This document shows positions 59,730 through 64,000 of a DNA stretch of 64,000 nt, piece by piece. Both the position numbers and the translations under genes were made by a program. Positions within the stretch are counted from its first letter, which is position 1. The number at the start of each line of letters is the position of its first letter. Location of the stretch: the NCBI GenBank assembly GCA_965116905.1, contig OZ220732.1, forward strand, positions 3,136,001-3,200,000, in the 5' to 3' direction. The notes under the pieces are model-generated. The model was not told where the DNA came from. It saw only the letters and a list, made by a program, of their open reading frames with translations, and did no database searches. The DNA comes from Longimicrobiales bacterium (GTDB taxonomy: Bacteria; Gemmatimonadota; Gemmatimonadetes; Longimicrobiales; Gaopeijiaceae).

Positions 59730-60432
59730 CGTCGCCTCCCGCCTCCTCCCCGGCGCCGGCGCCCTCGACAACCTGCGGCACGCGCTCGGCGATCTCGCCG
59801 GGCACGTAGTAGTCCTCCGGATCCTGCGTGAGCGCCCGGCGGGTCTGCTCCGCACGGGAGAATCGACCGCGCAGCGGGAAGTCCTTGCGCAGGGGATGAC
59901 CCTCGGCGTAGTTGTCGGGCATGAGGATGCGGCGGAGGTCGGGATGCCCGTTGAAGTGGACGCCGAAGAGGTCGTACACCTCGCGTTCCAGCCAGTCGGC
60001 GCCGGCCCAGATGCCCGTCGCGCTGTCGATCGCCAGCCCGTCGAGGGGCAGTTCGCACTTGACGCGGAGCGCGGCCCGATGCGGAATCGACCACAGCTGG
60101 TACACGACCTCGATCGGTTTCCCGCCGCCGTAGTCGACCGCCGTGACATCGGCGAGATGGTCGTAGTGCTGGTCCGGCTCGTCGTGAAGCCAGCCGAGAA
60201 TGTCGGTGATCCGCTCCGGGTCGACGTAGACGACATCCTCGTCGCCGGCGCAGATCCGGTTCCGGAACACCGCGTCGGCAAAGTGCTCTCGCAGGGCCGT
60301 CACGGACGGGTTGCCGGGCTGCACACTCTCGTCGGCCGTCGCCGCCCCGCCCGCGTCGCGCCCATGCCCGGGCCCGGCGGCGACGAGGTCGAAACCGGAA
60401 AGGGGCGAGCCCTGCGCCGATTCGCGCGTCAT
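59722..60432 (-). CDS. nuoC: NADH-quinone oxidoreductase subunit C
   Basis: WLEREVYDLFG..F.GHPDLRRILM, GHPLRKDFP. Confidence 0.97.
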   Translation of the reverse strand: MTRESAQGSPLSGFDLVAAGPGHGRDAGGAATADESVQPGNPSVTALREHFADAVFRNRICAGDEDVVYVDPERITDILGWLHDEPDQHYDHLADVTAVDYGGGKPIEVVYQLWSIPHRAALRVKCELPLDGLAIDSATGIWAGADWLEREVYDLFGVHFNGHPDLRRILMPDNYAEGHPLRKDFPLRGRFSRAEQTRRALTQDPEDYYVPGEIAERVPQVVEGAGAGEEAGGDDV

Positions 60433-60478
60433 CGCGTGCCGTCGCGGCGGGGGTGACCGGGGTTCGACGAGAGCATCT

Positions 60479-61132
60479 TCAGGGAAGTCGATCCTCGGCG
60501 CGACCGATGGCGTCGGTCTCCACGAGTCCGCTCACCCGGTTCTGGTCGGTCGAATTGCCGAACGGCCCGGTGAGGTCGGTGACCTCTTCGTCGCCGGCCC
60601 GCGGCCGCCCGGCGGCCAGGGGATCCTCGGCCCGCAGCTCCGCGTGATTCGCGAGGCTCTCGCCCCGGATCTTCTCCTGCACCATCATCAGGCCGTAGAT
60701 CAGGCCCTCGGGGCGCGGAGGACACCCGGGGATGTAGACGTCGACCGGCACGATCGTGTCGATCCCCTGGACCATCGAGTAGACATCGAAGACACCACCC
60801 GACGAGGCACAGGCCCCCATCGATATGCACCACTTGGGCTGCATCATCTGGTCCCAGATGCGCCGTAGCACCGGCGCGAGCTTGTACGGCACGCGTCCGG
60901 CGCAGATCAGCACGTCGGCCTGGCGCGGGCTGAACGACATGCGCTCCATGCCGAAGCGCGCCAGATCGTAGTTGCTCGCCGCCGAGGCCATCATTTCGAT
61001 GGCGCAGCAAGCAGTTCCGAAAGGCATGGGCCACAACGAATTGCGGCGTGCCCAGTTAACCACGAAGTCAAGTCGCGTGGTCAGGAAGGTGGGAGTTCCC
61101 GAGCCCAGCACGCCAGGCTTTTCTAGTCCCAT
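60479..61132 (-). CDS. nuoB: NADH-quinone oxidoreductase subunit B
   Basis: [36 protein letters not shown]. Confidence 0.98.
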   Translation of the reverse strand: MGLEKPGVLGSGTPTFLTTRLDFVVNWARRNSLWPMPFGTACCAIEMMASAASNYDLARFGMERMSFSPRQADVLICAGRVPYKLAPVLRRIWDQMMQPKWCISMGACASSGGVFDVYSMVQGIDTIVPVDVYIPGCPPRPEGLIYGLMMVQEKIRGESLANHAELRAEDPLAAGRPRAGDEEVTDLTGPFGNSTDQNRVSGLVETDAIGRAEDRLP

Positions 61133-61479
61133 TCCAAACCGCCTTTCTTCCATTCGTAGACCAGTCCGACCGCCAAGACGATCACGAAGAGGAACACAGC
61201 CACAAACGGCCCCCAGCCCAGTTCACGCACCCTGACGGCCCAGGGCACCAGGAAGATCGTTTCGAGGTCGAAGACGATGAAACTGATCGCCACCATGTAG
61301 AACTTGATCGAGAAACGGGTCCGCGTATCGCCGAGCGGGATCATTCCCGACTCGTACGGCATCGCCTTCTGGGGGGTTGGGCGACGCGGGTTGAGGATGT
61401 GGGAGGCGGCAGCCATCCCGACGGCGTTCAGAACCGTAACGCCCAGGATGATCAGGAGCGGAATGTAGGACTTCGCCAT
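61123..61479 (-). CDS. nuoA: NADH-quinone oxidoreductase subunit A
   Basis: [28 protein letters not shown]. Confidence 0.97.
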   Translation of the reverse strand: MAKSYIPLLIILGVTVLNAVGMAAASHILNPRRPTPQKAMPYESGMIPLGDTRTRFSIKFYMVAISFIVFDLETIFLVPWAVRVRELGWGPFVAVFLFVIVLAVGLVYEWKKGGLEWD

Positions 61480-61571
61480 GCTGACTGAAGGCCCCCCGGT
61501 CGTGGTTGCCCGCCTTCGCGGTGTCCGGCCCGGTGGAGCCGTCCGCCGCAGGTGCCCTGCGACCCGCGAGC

Positions 61572-61589
61572 TTGTGAAACTTTTCACGA
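61572..61589. promoter_or_regulatory. Rex operator-like palindrome upstream of nuoA
   Basis: TTGTGAA-ACTT-TTCACGA vs Rex consensus TTGTGAA-N4-TTCACAA (one mismatch). Confidence 0.75.
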
Positions 61590-61608
61590 ACTCGTGGATC
61601 AAGGCTGA

Positions 61609-61637
61609 AAGATACGGGGGAAGCCCCGGGGATTCAA
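61609..61637 (-). promoter_or_regulatory. sigma70-type promoter of nuo operon
   Basis: TTGAAT(61637-61632)-N17-TATCTT(61614-61609). Confidence 0.6.
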
Positions 61638-61799
61638 GCGGGCGCCGCCCGGAGAAGATCCGGTGAGACCCGGTCCGCCCGGCTTGGCGCCCCGCGCCCC
61701 TCTCTCTATCTTCCCGTCATCCACAACTCCGTCCTGTTCCCGCGACTCCGGCTTCAGCCCCGCGCGGGCCCCGGCACACCACCCGTCAGCAGAAGAGCC

Positions 61800-62354
61800 A
61801 TGCCCGTCAAGAGCGACCGCTGGATACGCAGAATGGCCCTCGAACACCGCATGATCGAGCCCTTCGAGTCCGAACAGGTCAGGAACGGCAGCATTTCCTA
61901 CGGACTCTCGTCCTTCGGCTACGACATCCGCGTCGCCCCCGAATTCAAGGTCTTTACCAACGTCCACAACCTGGTCGTGGACCCGAAGGAATTCGACGAG
62001 CGCTCGTTCGTCGACGTGAAGGGCGAGGACTGCATCATCCCTCCCAACTCCTTCGCGCTGGCGCGCACCGTGGAGCACTTCCGGATCCCGCGCGACGTGC
62101 TCGTGCTGTGCGTGGGCAAGAGCACCTACGCGCGCTGCGGGATCATCGTCAACGTGACGCCGCTGGAGCCCACCTGGGAGGGGTTTCTGACGCTGGAGAT
62201 ATCGAACACGACTCCGCTTCCGGCCCGGATCTACGGTGGCGAGGGGATCGCCCAGCTCGTGTTCTTTCAGGGCGACGAGCCGCCCGAGGTCGCCTACGCG
62301 GACCGCAGCGGCAAGTACCAGGGTCAGGAGGGCGTCACGCTGCCGAAGCTGTAG
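61800..62354 (+). CDS. dcd: dCTP deaminase
   Basis: [45 protein letters not shown]. Confidence 0.97.
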   Translation: MPVKSDRWIRRMALEHRMIEPFESEQVRNGSISYGLSSFGYDIRVAPEFKVFTNVHNLVVDPKEFDERSFVDVKGEDCIIPPNSFALARTVEHFRIPRDVLVLCVGKSTYARCGIIVNVTPLEPTWEGFLTLEISNTTPLPARIYGGEGIAQLVFFQGDEPPEVAYADRSGKYQGQEGVTLPKL

Positions 62355-62426
62355 CGGTTCGGCCGGGTGGAATCGCGGGCGAATGCAGGGGCGGCGAATG
62401 CGGGGCCGGTTTTTGTTCGCGGGCTG

Positions 62427-62984
62427 CTACGGCTCCACCGCCAGCAAGTCGAATTCGTAGACCAGCACCGCGTTGCCCGGCACGCGTCCGTCCGGCGATC
62501 CGACGGCCCCGTAGGTCAGACGGGGCGGGGCCACGAGCTGGCGCGTGCCCCCCACCCGCATCCCGTCGAGGCCCAGATCCCAGGCGGCGATCGTCTGGCC
62601 GCTGCCGACCAGGTAGTACACTTCGCCGTCGAAGGGATGCTCGAATGCGCCGGGCGAGAATTCGTTCGCCGGGTAGATGCCTCGGTCGACCGGCGTCCCG
62701 TCATGCAGCCATCCGCGGTAGTTGAAGCGGACGCCCACCTGCTGGCCGGCCCGTTCGCCGCCGCCGGTGACCAGGTCACGGATGTACAGCCCGGACCCGA
62801 GCAGCGTCATCTGCGCCAGATCGACGCCCAGCTCGGGCGCGAAGACCAGCGACGCGATGTCGGGCGGTTCGGGTTCCACCGGTGCCTCGCCACCGCAGCC
62901 GAAGACGCCGGCGGCCGCGGCCAGGGCGACCGTCCAGCCCCTCAAGGTCCCGGCCGGGAGGCGCGCGAGGGCGTGCGATTGCAT
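62427..62984 (-). CDS. FKBP-type peptidyl-prolyl isomerase, lipoprotein
   Basis: Lipobox GVFG-C; SGLYIRD, YRGWLHDGT, GMRVGGTR.L..PP.L.YG, VPGNAVLVYE. Confidence 0.9.
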   Translation of the reverse strand: MQSHALARLPAGTLRGWTVALAAAAGVFGCGGEAPVEPEPPDIASLVFAPELGVDLAQMTLLGSGLYIRDLVTGGGERAGQQVGVRFNYRGWLHDGTPVDRGIYPANEFSPGAFEHPFDGEVYYLVGSGQTIAAWDLGLDGMRVGGTRQLVAPPRLTYGAVGSPDGRVPGNAVLVYEFDLLAVEP

Positions 62985-63123
62985 ATCATATTCACGGAAG
63001 TCGAAGGGACCCTGCACTCCGCCACGGCGGGGCTTGCACCGACGTACACTGCCCAGGCCCCGCGGTCCGGGCAAGTCCCCCTCGGACATGCTGCGGCACT
63101 CCGGGGAAGGAGGTAGCTCGACG

Positions 63124-63933
63124 ATGCCGAAACTGCAACGGACACTGGCGCTCGCGGCGACCGTACTGGTCGCGGTGGCGTGGGCGGCACCGGCGTCGCC
63201 GCCGGACGCCGGGACGGCTCACGCACCCCCCCGGACGGCGAGCGACGAGACCGCCGAGGCGCTGGTCGACGCCTGGATCGACGCGCTCGGGGGCATGGAG
63301 ACGTACTGGAAGCTGCGGAGCGCCTCCTATACCCTCACCACCGAGATCCGGGATCCCGCGAGTGGACGGCTGCAGCGCGCCCGGCCGCGCTATGTGACGA
63401 TTGCGCGCCTCGAGACCGGCCAGGCCGCGCGGATCGAGCGCTGGGAGGGCAACGACTTCATCCAGCACGGCTTCGACGGCGTGCAGCAGTGGGCGGTGAT
63501 GAACGGCGAGACCCTGGGGCCCGGCGACAAGGACTACGACGAGGCGCGCTACGTGTCCGGCGATGTCTTCTACTGGATCGGCCTGCCGTTCAAGCTCAAG
63601 GACCCCGGCGTGTTCCTGCACTACGACGGCACGGACGAGGACGGGCGGCATCTGGTGCGCGTGACGTTCGGGGAGGGCGTGGGCGACCACACCGACACCT
63701 GGTACTACGTCTTCGAGGACGGCCGCGCGATGCCGGTCTCGATCGGCTACCGGGAAGAGGGCCGCCGGAACATCAGCCGCACGTACTGGGAGGACGTCCA
63801 GGAAGTGGACGGCTACGTCTTCACCGGCCGGCGCGTGCACGTCAACGCGGACGGCCGGATTTGGAAGGTGCTGGTGACGTCCGACTTTGTGCTCAATCCG
63901 GAGGTGGATCCGGCCATCTTCAGCCGGCCCTGA
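63124..63933 (+). CDS. Hypothetical secreted protein
   Basis: Signal peptide; DALGG..Y, YWIGLPFKLKDPGV.L, VTF.EGVGD..DTWYY pattern. Confidence 0.75.
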   Translation: MPKLQRTLALAATVLVAVAWAAPASPPDAGTAHAPPRTASDETAEALVDAWIDALGGMETYWKLRSASYTLTTEIRDPASGRLQRARPRYVTIARLETGQAARIERWEGNDFIQHGFDGVQQWAVMNGETLGPGDKDYDEARYVSGDVFYWIGLPFKLKDPGVFLHYDGTDEDGRHLVRVTFGEGVGDHTDTWYYVFEDGRAMPVSIGYREEGRRNISRTYWEDVQEVDGYVFTGRRVHVNADGRIWKVLVTSDFVLNPEVDPAIFSRP

Positions 63934-64000
63934 CCCCGGCTGCCCCGACCGCCCCCGGCTGGGAGGTTGCGGCGCATCCAGTTGCTTCCTACAGGTGCGC

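Noticed and set aside
62378..62420. Duplicated ggcgaatgc plus T-run between dcd and the FKBP gene as a terminator
   Set aside because: No convincing stem; repeat too short

Overview
High-GC bacterial window. Gene content and order (rplM-rpsI-rpsB-tsf-pyrH-frr-uppS-cdsA-dxr-rseP, short EF-Ts, Bacteroidota-type sugar nucleotidyltransferase, bshB1, 14-subunit nuo operon) suggest Gemmatimonadota; this is inference, not a database result. Most of it is core genome: nusA/rimP, murA, pcrA, serS, the translation/isoprenoid cluster, pntAB, a TolC-MacA-2xMacB-type exporter, nuoA-N and dcd. The stand-out is a ~2.6 kb minus-strand cassette (42.67-45.25 kb) between bshB1 and a phosphomannomutase gene. It encodes a 6-bladed beta-propeller lipoprotein, a translationally coupled CxxC thioredoxin-like lipoprotein, and three tandem, divergent, secreted ~80-aa peptides. 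The peptides share a hydrophobic-G-x-hydrophobic-x-I-C-x(3-4)-C-x(4-6)-CC core, so this is a candidate undescribed disulfide-peptide (toxin, signal or metal-binding) system. Also visible: a Rex-type operator at the nuo promoter, a rimP-leader attenuator, and a 17-18 bp tandem repeat that duplicates the cdsA stop codon. No rRNA, tRNA, CRISPR array or mobile element was seen. Several starts were moved from the ORF track using RBS or overlap evidence and are approximate.
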